A DNA stretch of 61,569 bases, counting the filler, from Anaerolineae bacterium (GTDB lineage Bacteria > Chloroflexota > Anaerolineae > Epilineales > Epilineaceae), in assembly GCA_029262755.1 (NCBI GenBank). It is 8 parts of 8 records of this genome, joined end to end, with 100 filler letters (N's around TTAATTAATTAA, not from the genome) between each part and the next. Parts side by side here need not be neighbours in the genome. Positions count along the whole stretch, not along the records: positions 41,752 to 48,633 come from JAJCYU010000040.1; positions 48,734 to 58,870 come from JAJCYU010000042.1; 6 more parts are not named here. One strand, 5' to 3'. The notes beneath the pieces were generated by a model. The model was not told the DNA's origin. It made no database searches and saw only the letters and a list, made by a program, of their open reading frames with translations. Shown one piece after another: positions 41,752 through 51,887 of the stretch. The position numbers and the translations under genes were made by a program. Each line of letters opens with the position of its first letter. Positions within the stretch are counted from its first letter, which is position 1.

Positions 41752-43254
41752 GCTCCGGGCGTCGAATGGCTGGTGGTGCGCACTCTCGACCCGGCGCCGG
41801 TGGCTCTCTCGGGGTGGTGGGTCACCGGCGGCGGGACCGCGTCCCTGGCGTTCGGCGCCCGCGTGGCGGCCGGCGGGCGCGTGGTGCTCGCTGCGGATGG
41901 CGCCGCGTTCCGGGCGGCCGTACCTGCGGCGCCGTTGGCCGGCCTCTACAATGGCCATCTCGGCAACGGCGGAGAGACGCTGCGCCTCGCGGACCCTGAC
42001 GGTGCGCTCGTCGACTCGTTCACCTACGACGACGAAGGCTTCTGGCCGCTCGCGCCGGACGGCGAGGGCTGGTCGCTCGTCCGCAGAGAGGGCGCGGGTG
42101 ATCCGTCCGACCCGGCGTCTTGGCGGGCCAGCACGGCCCGCGGCGGCTCGCCCGGAGCCGCGGATCCGCCGCCTCCCGCGTGGGACGGAAGGGTCGTGAT
42201 CCACGAGGTCCTCGGTGCCAGCGATGACCCCTTCGAGGACGCCATCGAGCTGCACAATCCGAGCGGCGAGCCGATTGCGATCGGCGGCTGGTGGCTGTCG
42301 GACGATCCGAAGGTTCCGCACAAGGTGCGCGTGCCCGCGGACACCGTGCTCCCCGCCGGCGGGTTTGTGAGCATCTACGCCGCGACGTTCCGCGATCCCA
42401 CGCCGCCCGACCGAGGATTCGGGCTGTCCGCGGCGGGAGAAACCGTGACCCTACGCGGCGTCGACGCCGACGGCAGCCCCAACGGCTACTTCCACGGGCT
42501 GCGCTACGGCGCGGCGGACGTGAACTTCTCCTTCGGCCCACTGCGCTCCCCGCAGGATGAGCGCATGCGCGTCGTCGCGATGGCCGAGCCGACCTTCGGC
42601 ATCTCGCGCCCGCTGGGCGTCGCTCAGTTTCGGACGGGCCGTGGGGCGCCGAACGCAAGGCCCTACGTGGGGCCCGTGATCATCGACGAGGTCTTGGTCG
42701 GCAGCGCAGCAGCGGCGGAGGCCGGATCGGAAGCGGGGGCGTTCGTTGAGCTGCGCGCTCGTGGTGCGAAGACGGTATCCCTTGGGCCGGACGAGACGGA
42801 CGGCACCGGCCCATGGGCGCTGCAAGGCAGCGTTCGCTTCACGTTCCCAGCCGGTGCGGCGCTGGCCGTTGACGGGCGCGCCCTCGTCGTGGGCACCGAT
42901 GCCGCGCGCTTCCGCGCCGTGTACGAGATTCCCGCGGATGTCGCGGTCTTCGGGCCGTGGGAAGGGGAGCTTGGGCCGGAGACCGGGCACCTCACGCTGC
43001 TGCGGCCGCCGCGCGGCCGCGATAGCGCACCGCAGGGCCCCTGGTTCACCCAAGACGAGGTCGCGTGGGACACGACCCGGCCCGGACCGGTCAGCGGTGT
43101 GCGCCGCGGGGCGTCGTTGGAACGGCGCGTTCCGGTCGCCTGGGGCGGTGACCCGCGCAGCTGGCTTGCGCTGCGTGTCGGCGGCACGCCCGGTCGCGAA
43201 CATCCTGCTTCGTGGACCGTATGGTTGCCATGGAGTCAGGCGGGAGTTCGGTAG
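41752..43254 (+). CDS. Lamin-tail-domain repeat protein (three LTD-like units, 5'-truncated) ending in VWLPW
   Basis: LGNGGETLRL, VVIHEV...IELHN...IGGWWLSDD, FGLSAAGE, VIIDEV...FVEL, SLER, GGSPG/GGTPG. Confidence 0.8.
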   Translation, partial: APGVEWLVVRTLDPAPVALSGWWVTGGGTASLAFGARVAAGGRVVLAADGAAFRAAVPAAPLAGLYNGHLGNGGETLRLADPDGALVDSFTYDDEGFWPLAPDGEGWSLVRREGAGDPSDPASWRASTARGGSPGAADPPPPAWDGRVVIHEVLGASDDPFEDAIELHNPSGEPIAIGGWWLSDDPKVPHKVRVPADTVLPAGGFVSIYAATFRDPTPPDRGFGLSAAGETVTLRGVDADGSPNGYFHGLRYGAADVNFSFGPLRSPQDERMRVVAMAEPTFGISRPLGVAQFRTGRGAPNARPYVGPVIIDEVLVGSAAAAEAGSEAGAFVELRARGAKTVSLGPDETDGTGPWALQGSVRFTFPAGAALAVDGRALVVGTDAARFRAVYEIPADVAVFGPWEGELGPETGHLTLLRPPRGRDSAPQGPWFTQDEVAWDTTRPGPVSGVRRGASLERRVPVAWGGDPRSWLALRVGGTPGREHPASWTVWLPWSQAGVR

Positions 43255-43352
43255 AACGAGATCCAGTGGGGCGGGGGACAACCACGATCATCCACCTTCG
43301 TCGCGCGCCGCACGCGAGGCGACCTGGACCTTGCGCCGCCCTCGTCGTAGTT

Positions 43353-46205
43353 CTAGCGCGATCCACCATCCGGCCGACGACGGACGATCGTGGTCCAATC
43401 GCCGGCGAGCCATAGCTCGGTGGACGCGTCGAGTTCGTCCGCCCCGCCATTGCGACCCTCGGCCCCGGCGGAATCACGGAGCAGGCCGGTGTCGTGGATC
43501 GGCACATTCCACGTCGTCTCGTGCGTCCACAATGTGTCCGCGCCCTGGAACCATGGCCCCGTTCGGCGCACGACGTGGCTGGCGGCTCGGTCGGCGCCAA
43601 GGCTGAGGTCCTGCCATACGGCCCATGCATTGCGTTCGTCGGCGATCTCCAGGGAAACGATCCGATCTGGGACCTCACACGGTTGCGCGCAGATCTGCGG
43701 TGCGTCCAGCCTCACCCGCTCCTGGACGGTCCAGGCCCTGTCGCCCTCCGGTCGATGAAGGATGTCCTTGCCCCGTGCGAGCCATGCGGGCCCAAGCACC
43801 GTGCCGTTTCGCGGCGGAAGCGCGGCGACGTCTACGACCGTTTGCCCGGCGCTCCACCCCACGCAGCACGCGCCTTCGCAACGGGTCTCTAGCCAGCCAT
43901 CCGCGGGATCGCCTGGGAAGCTCCACGGACAGTCGCCGCGGGCGCGGTCCGCGAACTCGACCCAATAGTCAGCACCGGCCGCCAAACCGTGATAGCCATC
44001 CCCGGCGCGAGCTACCGCGATGCGCACCAAAGGTCCATCCGCATTTGCGACGGCCTCCGGCGCCAGCCGCGCGACCGGATGCCAGCCGGCGCCGTCGAAA
44101 CGCCAAACGGCGCCGCCCATGCCATCGTGCCCGGCGGCGAAGACCGTACCGTCGGTTGCGTCCAGGGCCGTGAGGCGCCCGGGTGAGAGGGCCGGCGACG
44201 CAACGCGTGACCAAGGGAGCACGCTGCTGCCCGGCGATCGCCACAGCCCACCTTCCGGATCGAGCGCCCAGGTCGTGGTCGGCTCAAGGCCGTTCGCTAC
44301 GTCGAGCGCAACGACCCACAACGGGCCGGTGGACATGGTTTGCCACAGACGTCCATCGCGGACGTTGACCAGGTGGCCGGGCGGCTGCGCGGCGCCGAGT
44401 GCGGCGGCCGGACCCTCGATGGCCCATGCCTCGTCCGCCCCACGCGGTGCGATCGCACGTAGGTTCTTGCGTTCCAGCAACGCTACGGGAGGCGGCGAGT
44501 TGCCCACGGTCGGTGGCATGTCGGGATTGTTACCGCCCGGTGCGTTGAGCAGCCACACGGCATCGCCGAGCGCCAAGAGGCTCCAGGAATCGTCCAGTGG
44601 TGCAAACGCGTGATGACCGGTTGGAGCCTCGGGGAAGGGCGCTTCGCCCGCCTCGTGGTCGCGGCCGGCCGAACGAGTCGGCGGCGCGGCGTTCCACAAC
44701 GCGACCGGTCGCCAGTCGAGGTCCTCCGGGTCACGACGTAGCACCACCGCGTCGCCACGGCTCGACGGTGCCAGCGCAAGAAAGGCGCCATCCTCCGCGC
44801 GCGCCTGGTACGCGTCCACCACCGACTGCCCGTCGAAAAGGTCGGTTCGTTTTTCGGACCACGAGGGGCGTGGACCCGCGCCGGCTTGCAGGCTCCAGAC
44901 GGCGGCCTGCGGAGCATCCGCGTCCGCGAGGCCCCGATCCCCGAAGGCCCACCCTTCCGTCTCACTGCGCAGCAAGAGCTCGCGCGGGCGACCCGGTTCT
45001 GTGAGGGAGCGGCCCTGCCAACCATGGATGTCGAATCCCTGCCAGCGTGCGCCTGCCGGGAGAAGCTGTCCAAAATAGGGCAGGCCCTGTCGGTAGCCGA
45101 CGACCCATGCGGTACGGAACACGCTCGTGAATTCGGTAATGGCCTGCACATCATGCAAGGGCGGCATCGCCGGCCCGTCGAGCGGATTGACGTCCCAGGT
45201 GCGACGGCGCCAAACGGGCTCGGCGTCCTCCAGGTTGAGTTGGAGCATGAAGGCCTCGGCGCCGTTCGCGGTCTCGGTCTCGCCGACCGCCCAGCCGCTG
45301 ATCTCGACCGGCGTGCTTCCCTCGCCGCGATCCCGAGGACTCTCCACGTCGGGATCGAGTTGCATGAGGCTATGCAACTGGGTTCGCGCCCGCTCGAAGG
45401 GCCGCCCCGCTTGTCGATAGCGCGTCCAACGAGGGCTTCCCGACACGTCCAAGGCCCTGCCGGCCGCGATTCGCGCTCGGTCACCAGCCGCCCACATGAC
45501 GATCGGTTGCTCGGCCGTCTCGAGCGTGCCGTCGGGCCACGCATACAAGGCATTCAATCCCGTCAGGTTCTCGCCATGGCTCGCCGCGATCCACTGGGCG
45601 TCCGCTACGGCCCGGCCCCCCTCGTCCGGTGTCAGGTCGAGATCGAGGGTCACGGCCCCGTCGCCGACTGCCAGGAGCGTGAACGCTCGGCGCCGTGCGT
45701 CCGGCTCGGGCACCACGTAGCGGACGATGTCGCGGATCGCGCCGAAGCCGCCGCACAGCACCTGCCACCGTTGGTCGGGCGGCGGCACCGATGGCAACAC
45801 GGCATCGGGCAGACGCAGGGTGACCCGGCCGCAACGGATCGGCGTCACGCGACTGGCTTCGATCCACGGCAAGTAGATCGTGGGCCGCGTTCGGGTTATC
45901 GTGTCGGGGCTTCCCTGGGCAAGGGCCACGGCGGCCGAGGGTCGGAGGGTGGTTCGCACGGGTGGCGGAGCCGTCCCGAGCGGCGCGGTGGCGATTCCAG
46001 CCGGCACGCCTCCACACGCAATCGCCAACGCGATCGTCCAGCCCCGCACGCGGCGAGCGCGCGCCTTGCGGCCTAGCAAGCCGGGTTGATGTTGGTGCGA
46101 TGTGCGGGCCGGCGTAGCAGTGTCCGTCACGTGTGACGCGTCGCACGCACCGCCACGTCCGCCGCGATGCGGCTCTCGTGCGGCGTTCCGCGGCGTCACG
46201 GCCAA
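43353..46205 (-). CDS. Large secreted protein, probable Trp-rich beta-propeller
   Basis: Signal-like hydrophobic segment, IYLPW motif and repeated GWAVG/AWVVG/GWAFG/LWLAGD units. Start uncertain. Confidence 0.6.
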   Translation of the reverse strand: MAVTPRNAAREPHRGGRGGACDASHVTDTATPARTSHQHQPGLLGRKARARRVRGWTIALAIACGGVPAGIATAPLGTAPPPVRTTLRPSAAVALAQGSPDTITRTRPTIYLPWIEASRVTPIRCGRVTLRLPDAVLPSVPPPDQRWQVLCGGFGAIRDIVRYVVPEPDARRRAFTLLAVGDGAVTLDLDLTPDEGGRAVADAQWIAASHGENLTGLNALYAWPDGTLETAEQPIVMWAAGDRARIAAGRALDVSGSPRWTRYRQAGRPFERARTQLHSLMQLDPDVESPRDRGEGSTPVEISGWAVGETETANGAEAFMLQLNLEDAEPVWRRRTWDVNPLDGPAMPPLHDVQAITEFTSVFRTAWVVGYRQGLPYFGQLLPAGARWQGFDIHGWQGRSLTEPGRPRELLLRSETEGWAFGDRGLADADAPQAAVWSLQAGAGPRPSWSEKRTDLFDGQSVVDAYQARAEDGAFLALAPSSRGDAVVLRRDPEDLDWRPVALWNAAPPTRSAGRDHEAGEAPFPEAPTGHHAFAPLDDSWSLLALGDAVWLLNAPGGNNPDMPPTVGNSPPPVALLERKNLRAIAPRGADEAWAIEGPAAALGAAQPPGHLVNVRDGRLWQTMSTGPLWVVALDVANGLEPTTTWALDPEGGLWRSPGSSVLPWSRVASPALSPGRLTALDATDGTVFAAGHDGMGGAVWRFDGAGWHPVARLAPEAVANADGPLVRIAVARAGDGYHGLAAGADYWVEFADRARGDCPWSFPGDPADGWLETRCEGACCVGWSAGQTVVDVAALPPRNGTVLGPAWLARGKDILHRPEGDRAWTVQERVRLDAPQICAQPCEVPDRIVSLEIADERNAWAVWQDLSLGADRAASHVVRRTGPWFQGADTLWTHETTWNVPIHDTGLLRDSAGAEGRNGGADELDASTELWLAGDWTTIVRRRPDGGSR

Positions 46206-46208
46206 GCG

Positions 46209-47018
46209 CTAGGGAACCGTGGGGGTCGGCAGGACCGGGGGCGGAACCGTGGGCAGGTCCGGCGGAAGCGGCGGCGGCGTCTGGGTGTCGAGCGGAGGCG
46301 GCGGCGGGCGCAAGCCTTCGGTCGGCACGGCGGTCGGTTCCGCGGTCGGCGTAGCCGTATTCTTGTCGTTCTTGCCGGGATCGCGCGGCGGCGGCGCCTG
46401 CGGTGGATCGTCCACGGTCGGAGCCGGCACCGCAACCGTCGGCGACGCGGGGACGGGCACCGGCAGCGTCGCGCTCGGGACCGCGGCGGGCGCATCTACG
46501 GTGGCGGTCGCGACCACGGCTTCGTCCCCGCTCGGCTGGGCGTCTGGATCTTCGGTCGGCCCATCGCTCGCCGTTGCATCACCGGACGACGGATCGGGGT
46601 CGCCCGTGGTCGACGCACCCGCTTCATCCGTATCACTACGTTCATCCGCGTCATCTTGTACGGCCGGCGTGGCGGCGGGTACGAGCTTCAGCAGCGGTGT
46701 TGTGGATGCAGACTCGTTCTGCCCCGTGTTCGAGGGTGCGAAGTCAAGCAGGAACCAGCCGGCGATCAGCATCGCGAGGCCAACGGATAGCAGCGCCGAG
46801 GCAGTGGGAAGGATCGGTAGATAGATCGGTGTCCGACCCGGTGGACGCAAAATCCAATGGCCGGCCGTGGAAGGGAGCTCGATCACCCGGTTGCGCAACG
46901 CGGCCTCGAACGCGGGCCGCGGCAAATGTGCTTCGCCCGCCAGCATCTCGGCCAGCGGGTCGTGGGGCACGGGGGGCGTCGGGTCGACGCCTGCCTCAGG
47001 AGGCAGGGTGGATGTCAC
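46209..47018 (-). CDS. Putative single-TM anti-sigma factor with Pro/Thr-rich extracytoplasmic tail
   Basis: Overlaps the ECF sigma 3' end; GAGGGAG RBS before GTG 47018; PRPAFEAALR segment, one TM helix and a PT-rich tail. Confidence 0.55.
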   Translation of the reverse strand: MTSTLPPEAGVDPTPPVPHDPLAEMLAGEAHLPRPAFEAALRNRVIELPSTAGHWILRPPGRTPIYLPILPTASALLSVGLAMLIAGWFLLDFAPSNTGQNESASTTPLLKLVPAATPAVQDDADERSDTDEAGASTTGDPDPSSGDATASDGPTEDPDAQPSGDEAVVATATVDAPAAVPSATLPVPVPASPTVAVPAPTVDDPPQAPPPRDPGKNDKNTATPTAEPTAVPTEGLRPPPPPLDTQTPPPLPPDLPTVPPPVLPTPTVP

Positions 47019-47535
47019 TAGAGTCTCCCTCGAGACGTTCGCGCAGGCGTTGCCGAGCGCGGTGTAGCCGCTTGTGCACCGCCGCAACGCTGACTCCTAG
47101 CGCGTCGGCGATCTGCGGAGGGGTCAGCCCCGCAAAATAGCACAGACCGAGCACCTCTTGGTCGGGCTCGGACAGGCGTCGCATCGCTTGGCGAACGATT
47201 GCCTTGTCGTCGACCTGACCGGATGACGAGGCGCCGCGCTCGTGACGCGGCATGAATGGAGTAAAAGATAAGAGCTTTCTCCGCCGATGATGATTCGCGA
47301 CCAGGTTGCCCGCAATGCGATACAGCCATGCCGCGAAGGGTACGCCGCGCACCTCGTAGCGTTCGATTGCCACTAACGCGCGCTCCCAAACCGCCGCCGC
47401 GATATCCTCTGCGGTTTCCTCATCTCCTACGCGACGGACGATATAATTGTAGATCGTCGAAAAGTGACGATCGTAGAGCGCCCCGAAGGCCGCTCGGTCC
47501 GTGCGGGCGGCGTCGATGAGCGCAAGCTCGTCCAT
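46996..47535 (-). CDS. ECF-family RNA polymerase sigma-70 factor
   Basis: AFGALYDRH, AEDIAA, FAAWLYRIAGN; region 4 LTPPQIADALGVSVAAVHKRLHRA. Confidence 0.9.
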   Translation of the reverse strand: MDELALIDAARTDRAAFGALYDRHFSTIYNYIVRRVGDEETAEDIAAAVWERALVAIERYEVRGVPFAAWLYRIAGNLVANHHRRRKLLSFTPFMPRHERGASSSGQVDDKAIVRQAMRRLSEPDQEVLGLCYFAGLTPPQIADALGVSVAAVHKRLHRARQRLRERLEGDSSDIHPAS

Positions 47536-47860
47536 CGTTGCCCACTCCGTTCCGCCCTTGTTAACTCCCGAGGCGGCCGTCGTGGACACGTTGCGTTTGC
47601 GTCCCCCACCACCCAGCGGCGTGGCGCGCGTCACCATGAACGCAACCATGCCCCGCGCGTACAGCGCGAGGTAGGGGTTTTCGTTAGATTGGTGAGGCTG
47701 AGTTGGGGAGAATTCGTGCGCATCCGAACCGTAACCTGTCAAAGCTGACAAAACTGATCGAAACCATGCTAACCATAGCACCGCGCGCAGGCGCCATCCA
47801 GAGCCTTTCCGCGACACGCGGAATGGTCGGCTGCGTCCGATTCTCCTACACTCGGAGACC

Positions 47861-48205
47861 ATGATCGAGCCCCCGAACGCGAACCCGTTGACCGAGATCG
47901 AACCCCGCCGGCTGCAAGAACGGCTGGCCGGTGATCGGCCGCCGCGTGTCATCGACATACGCGAGCCGCACGAGTGGTCGATCGCGCGCATCGAGGGCGC
48001 CGAGACCCGGGCCATGTCCACGATCGACAGCTGGTGGCAGGCATTGGACCCTGCCGAAGAGGTCGTGTTCGTATGCCACCACGGGGTGCGCAGCGCCGCC
48101 GTCTGCCGCGCGCTTGAGAACGTCGGGTTCAAGGCCGTGGTAAACCTGCGTGGCGGCATCGAGGCCTGGCGCAGTGAGGTCGATCCGACGATGCGCGGAT
48201 ACTGA
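47861..48205 (+). CDS. Single-domain rhodanese
   Basis: IDIREPHEW, CHHGVRS active-site loop, NLRGGIEAW; GGAGA RBS. Confidence 0.88.
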   Translation: MIEPPNANPLTEIEPRRLQERLAGDRPPRVIDIREPHEWSIARIEGAETRAMSTIDSWWQALDPAEEVVFVCHHGVRSAAVCRALENVGFKAVVNLRGGIEAWRSEVDPTMRGY

Positions 48206-48257
48206 GCTTGTCGCAGGACCCCGACACCTCGTTGCGCAGGACACGCTTGCCGCGTGC

Positions 48258-48633
48258 TCAGGGACAGCCTGCCTTCCAGATCGCCCCGTTGTAGGGCCCG
48301 TAGGGCTTGTTCCTATCCCGGAGCGTCAACCAGTCGCGCAGTTGGTTGAAGGGTCCCGCCGGAAGGCCGGGATGGCGCAATTGGCCCCAGCCTTCCACCG
48401 TGTGGGGCGCGGCGAGCGCCGCCGCCTGCACGGCGGGTGGAATCCGACCCGCCATCTGCGGACAAACGCGGCCTGTTGCATTCGGCGTTGGGACCGCGAT
48501 CGTGGTCGGTGGCACGGTCGGCGTCGCGGGCATCGGCGGCGCCGTTGTCGCCGGCAGAGGAGTCTCGCTCGGGATTGGCGCTCCGTCCCGAGCGGCGTGG
48601 AAGGGAATGCCTAGCCGTGACGGGAGGGCGAGC
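48258..48633 (-). CDS. C-terminal fragment of a secreted protein: PT linker plus small Cys-bounded terminal domain
   Basis: Frame open to the contig edge; ends VCPQ...AALAAP..VEGWG...NQLRDWLTL...PYGPYNGAIWKAGCP*. Confidence 0.6.
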
Positions 48634-48733
48634 NNNNNNNNNNNNNNNNNNNNNNNNNNNNNNNNNNNNNNNNNNNNTTAATTAATTAANNNNNNNNNNN
48701 NNNNNNNNNNNNNNNNNNNNNNNNNNNNNNNNN
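48634..48733. other. Artificial contig linker
   Basis: N44-TTAATTAATTAA-N44. Confidence 0.97.
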
Positions 48734-48884
48734 GCGTTCGGGCGATCAACAGCGGCGCTCCGGTGCAAAGCGCGCCGCCGAGCTCCGCGCGACCCGCGGC
48801 GTCGAGGCCACGAGCGCGCGGGCGGCCACCGTCCTCGACACCACCGCAGCGCGCTTGCCCGCGGAAGGCGCCCCTAGTACCGCA

Positions 48885-50819
48885 ATGCGCCGACGGATCG
48901 CCCCAATCGTCATCGCGACGCTGATCGCGATCCTCATCTCGGCGTTCGCGCTGCCGCCCTCGTCCCCGCGCATCACCTCCGCTCGCATCGCGCCTGCCCC
49001 CATCGTCACCTCCGCGCTCCGCACCACGCTCCCGTCCGCCGCGACGTCTTCGCACCACGCGACGTCCCCGCTCGCCGCCGCGCCCGTCCTCACCACGCCC
49101 CCGCTCGCATCCACGCTCCCGCTCGCCGCGACCTCCGCGCTCACCGCCGCCACCCGCCCCGTGATCCTCGTCCACGGCTGGCACGGGCTTGAGGCCCGCG
49201 GCTTCGCGTGTGCGGACGGCGTCCTCGCCTACGACCAGGCCGGGCCGCCGACCGGTGTTTCGCCGCGCGGGGACGGCGAGTTCGGCGCGCTTGCCGATCG
49301 GATTGCGGCGGAGCGGCCCGTGTACGCCGCGCGCTGGAGCACGTCGCGCGCCCGCACGCAGCCGTTGGAGGAGGCCGGGGCCTGTCTGGCAGCACAGATC
49401 GCACAGGTGAGGGCGCAGACCGGCGCGTCGGCCGTCGACATCGTGGCGCACAGCATGGGCGGGCTCGTGGCGCGCGCGTATGTGGAAGGTCGTTCGCACG
49501 CCGCTCCCTATCGCGGCGATGTGGCGCGGATCATCACGCTCGGCACGCCGCACACGGGGGTTGCGCCGGACACGCTCGTTCGGCTCTACGCGTTGTTGAA
49601 CCTGGCGAATGCGCGCAACGGATTCTTGCCCTGCAACGCCGACCCGGGCACCTGCCAGCTGGCGCGCGAGTCGATGCGCGCATGGAATGTCGCAGCTTCG
49701 CCCAACGAGGCCGTGACGCAGACGCACGTGGCCGGCGCGCGATGGACGTGGACCGGCTGGCTGTTGCCCGGCCCGGACGACGGCTTGATTACGCTACCCA
49801 GCGCAGCCGCGGGCGGCACCGCGCTCGCGGACATCGCGGCCGGCCACCGCGTACCCGAAGCGCACGCCGCGATGTTCCATAGTCGCTACCATTATGTCAA
49901 TGGCGCACGGACCCTGCGCTGCCTCGCCGGCCTCCTCTCCCTCGGCGGGGCGGCGGCCTGCGATGCCCCGGACGCCCTCGGTTCGATCTCCGCGGGCGGT
50001 CCGTTTGGCCCCGGTACCACGCCCTCGACGGCCGCGCTGACCTACACGCCCCTTGAAGTCGCGGAGATCGAGGCGGGCGGCGCTTTCGAGGTCACGATCC
50101 CGCTCGATCCAGCGCCCGCCCCATCCGGCGGCTCCGGCGATCCCAGCGATCCCGCGGAACCCGGCGCGCCCCCGTCCCCGGCGCACGAGCGCGCGACGCG
50201 CATCGCCGCCGGCTGGGGCCCGGGCGGTGGCGCGGCGGAGCTGACGCTCGTCGATCCAACCGGCCGCGCATGGACGCGTGACACGCTCGCGGCCCTCGAC
50301 CCCAACGGCGCGTACACGGAGGTTCTGCGCGCGGACGGCTCAGGCGCGGCGGTGATCACGCTCTCGGACGCAGCGCGCGGGCGGTGGGCGGCGCGGGTGG
50401 CGCTGGCGGGCGGCGCCGCCACGGGGACAATCCCCGTCGCCGTCTTCGCGACCCAGTACGCTACGGTGCGGCTCGAGATCGAGGCGCCCGTGTGGGACGC
50501 CGCCACGGGTCGATTGCTTGTCTCCGCACGGCTGCTGGGAGTCGATCCGGCGATGGCGGACGCGCAAGAGGTCGTCGCGACGTGGCACCGGCCGGGGGCG
50601 CGAGGAGCGCTGCGCGTGGCCCTGCACGCCCGAGGCGCCGACGGAGCGGGTGGCGTGCGCTACGAGGGTGCTAGCAGGGCATCGTCCGTTGTAGGCTGGT
50701 CCCAACTAGACGTTCGGGCCACGGGCCACGGTCCCGACGGCGCGGCATATGCACGGCAGGCAAGCACGATGGTGCCGGGCGCGAAGGGCGCAGCCTGGCT
50801 ACCGTGGGCGGCTCGCTAG
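48885..50819 (+). CDS. Secreted alpha/beta hydrolase (lipase/PGAP1-like) with C-terminal beta-sandwich domains, ending AWLPWAAR
   Basis: Signal peptide, PVILVHGW, nucleophile AHSMGG, TLGTPHTG, DDGLI, EAH; ELTLVDPTG-type accessory domain. Confidence 0.8.
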   Translation: MRRRIAPIVIATLIAILISAFALPPSSPRITSARIAPAPIVTSALRTTLPSAATSSHHATSPLAAAPVLTTPPLASTLPLAATSALTAATRPVILVHGWHGLEARGFACADGVLAYDQAGPPTGVSPRGDGEFGALADRIAAERPVYAARWSTSRARTQPLEEAGACLAAQIAQVRAQTGASAVDIVAHSMGGLVARAYVEGRSHAAPYRGDVARIITLGTPHTGVAPDTLVRLYALLNLANARNGFLPCNADPGTCQLARESMRAWNVAASPNEAVTQTHVAGARWTWTGWLLPGPDDGLITLPSAAAGGTALADIAAGHRVPEAHAAMFHSRYHYVNGARTLRCLAGLLSLGGAAACDAPDALGSISAGGPFGPGTTPSTAALTYTPLEVAEIEAGGAFEVTIPLDPAPAPSGGSGDPSDPAEPGAPPSPAHERATRIAAGWGPGGGAAELTLVDPTGRAWTRDTLAALDPNGAYTEVLRADGSGAAVITLSDAARGRWAARVALAGGAATGTIPVAVFATQYATVRLEIEAPVWDAATGRLLVSARLLGVDPAMADAQEVVATWHRPGARGALRVALHARGADGAGGVRYEGASRASSVVGWSQLDVRATGHGPDGAAYARQASTMVPGAKGAAWLPWAAR

Positions 50820-50962
50820 CGCGCGATGTTGGCGTCGCTCGCGACCAGCTGCGTGGCGCGCGAGCTTCACGTACTTCGCGACCAGCCACGTTGCGCACGT
50901 GTCTCGCGACCACCCTGGTCGCTCGCCGGCACGCACGTCGCGCGCAACATCATCGACCCACG

Positions 50963-50997
50963 AAAAAGCCCCCGGTGGACGAATCCACCGGGGGCTT
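50963..50997 (-). terminator. Rho-independent terminator
   Basis: Perfect 14-bp stem AAGCCCCCGGTGGA/TCCACCGGGGGCTT with a TTCG loop and T5 tail on the minus strand; lies between convergent genes. Confidence 0.85.
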
Positions 50998-51088
50998 GTA
51001 TTCGGATCTTGCGGGCCATCGTGTTGCCGGTCGAGCGAGAACGCTTTGTGCTGAGTAGCTGATCGCGTCTCTTAGTGCGTGACGAAAC

Positions 51089-51682
51089 CTACGGGCAGGG
51101 TGCCACGACCGTCGGCCATGCCGTGTACGAGCCGCTCGAGCGCTTGCGCTCGACGCCGGCGACGCGGGCTCGGGAGCCGGAACCGACGATGCGGGGCTGC
51201 TCGCTGAAGAGCGAGAAGGTACCGCGCATGCTGTCCGGGCTCGTGAAGTTGCCGCGGATCATGTAGTCGTGCTTGGCGTAGACGACGCCGCTGCGCGGGT
51301 TGTCCTTGCCGGTGCAGGGGGCGCCGCGACAAATCGGGCCCTTGATGGGCTCGCGTCGCGAGGGCGCGCCGCTGATGCGGATCTCACGTGAGTCGCGTAC
51401 GCGCAGGATCCACTTGCCGTCGTGAATGCCGACACGATCGAAACTGCCGAACTCGTTCTGCGAAAGGTTGCCGGCCGACGTGTTGGCTCGGATGCCGCTG
51501 AGCCAGCGGGCATCCGCGGAAACGTCGAACTGGACGGAATCACCCGCGTCCGTAAGGCCGCACCAGTGACCGGCCGTCGGCTTAACGCCTGCGGCTTCCG
51601 CAGGCTGGACCGCCACGATCAGGGCGAGCGCGGCCGCGGCCGCGAATATTGGTAGGGCGGCGCGTCGTAGTCGATGGATCAT
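51089..51682 (-). CDS. Hypothetical secreted protein
   Basis: Signal peptide ending PAEA; AAGGAG RBS; beta-rich, Cys-containing; followed by the terminator. Confidence 0.65.
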   Translation of the reverse strand: MIHRLRRAALPIFAAAAALALIVAVQPAEAAGVKPTAGHWCGLTDAGDSVQFDVSADARWLSGIRANTSAGNLSQNEFGSFDRVGIHDGKWILRVRDSREIRISGAPSRREPIKGPICRGAPCTGKDNPRSGVVYAKHDYMIRGNFTSPDSMRGTFSLFSEQPRIVGSGSRARVAGVERKRSSGSYTAWPTVVAPCP

Positions 51683-51887
51683 AACGTCGCTACTCCTTCA
51701 TGCGGGTTGATACCCGCTTGTGTCGCGTTGGCTCGCGGCCGATAGGACCGCGCTTGGTTCGTATCATGCCCCAGGCAATCGTTACACGCTGTGAACTTTA
51801 CCACAGCCGAAGGGCCGGCGCGGTGGCCGCATCTTCAGCAACACCACGCCGGCCTTCGTTTCCTGGGCGGTTGTAATCGCCGAGGTG

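Noticed and set aside
46805..46830. IYLPIL in the putative anti-sigma factor as another YLP sorting motif
   Set aside because: It lies just before the TM helix on the presumed cytoplasmic side, so it is probably coincidental.
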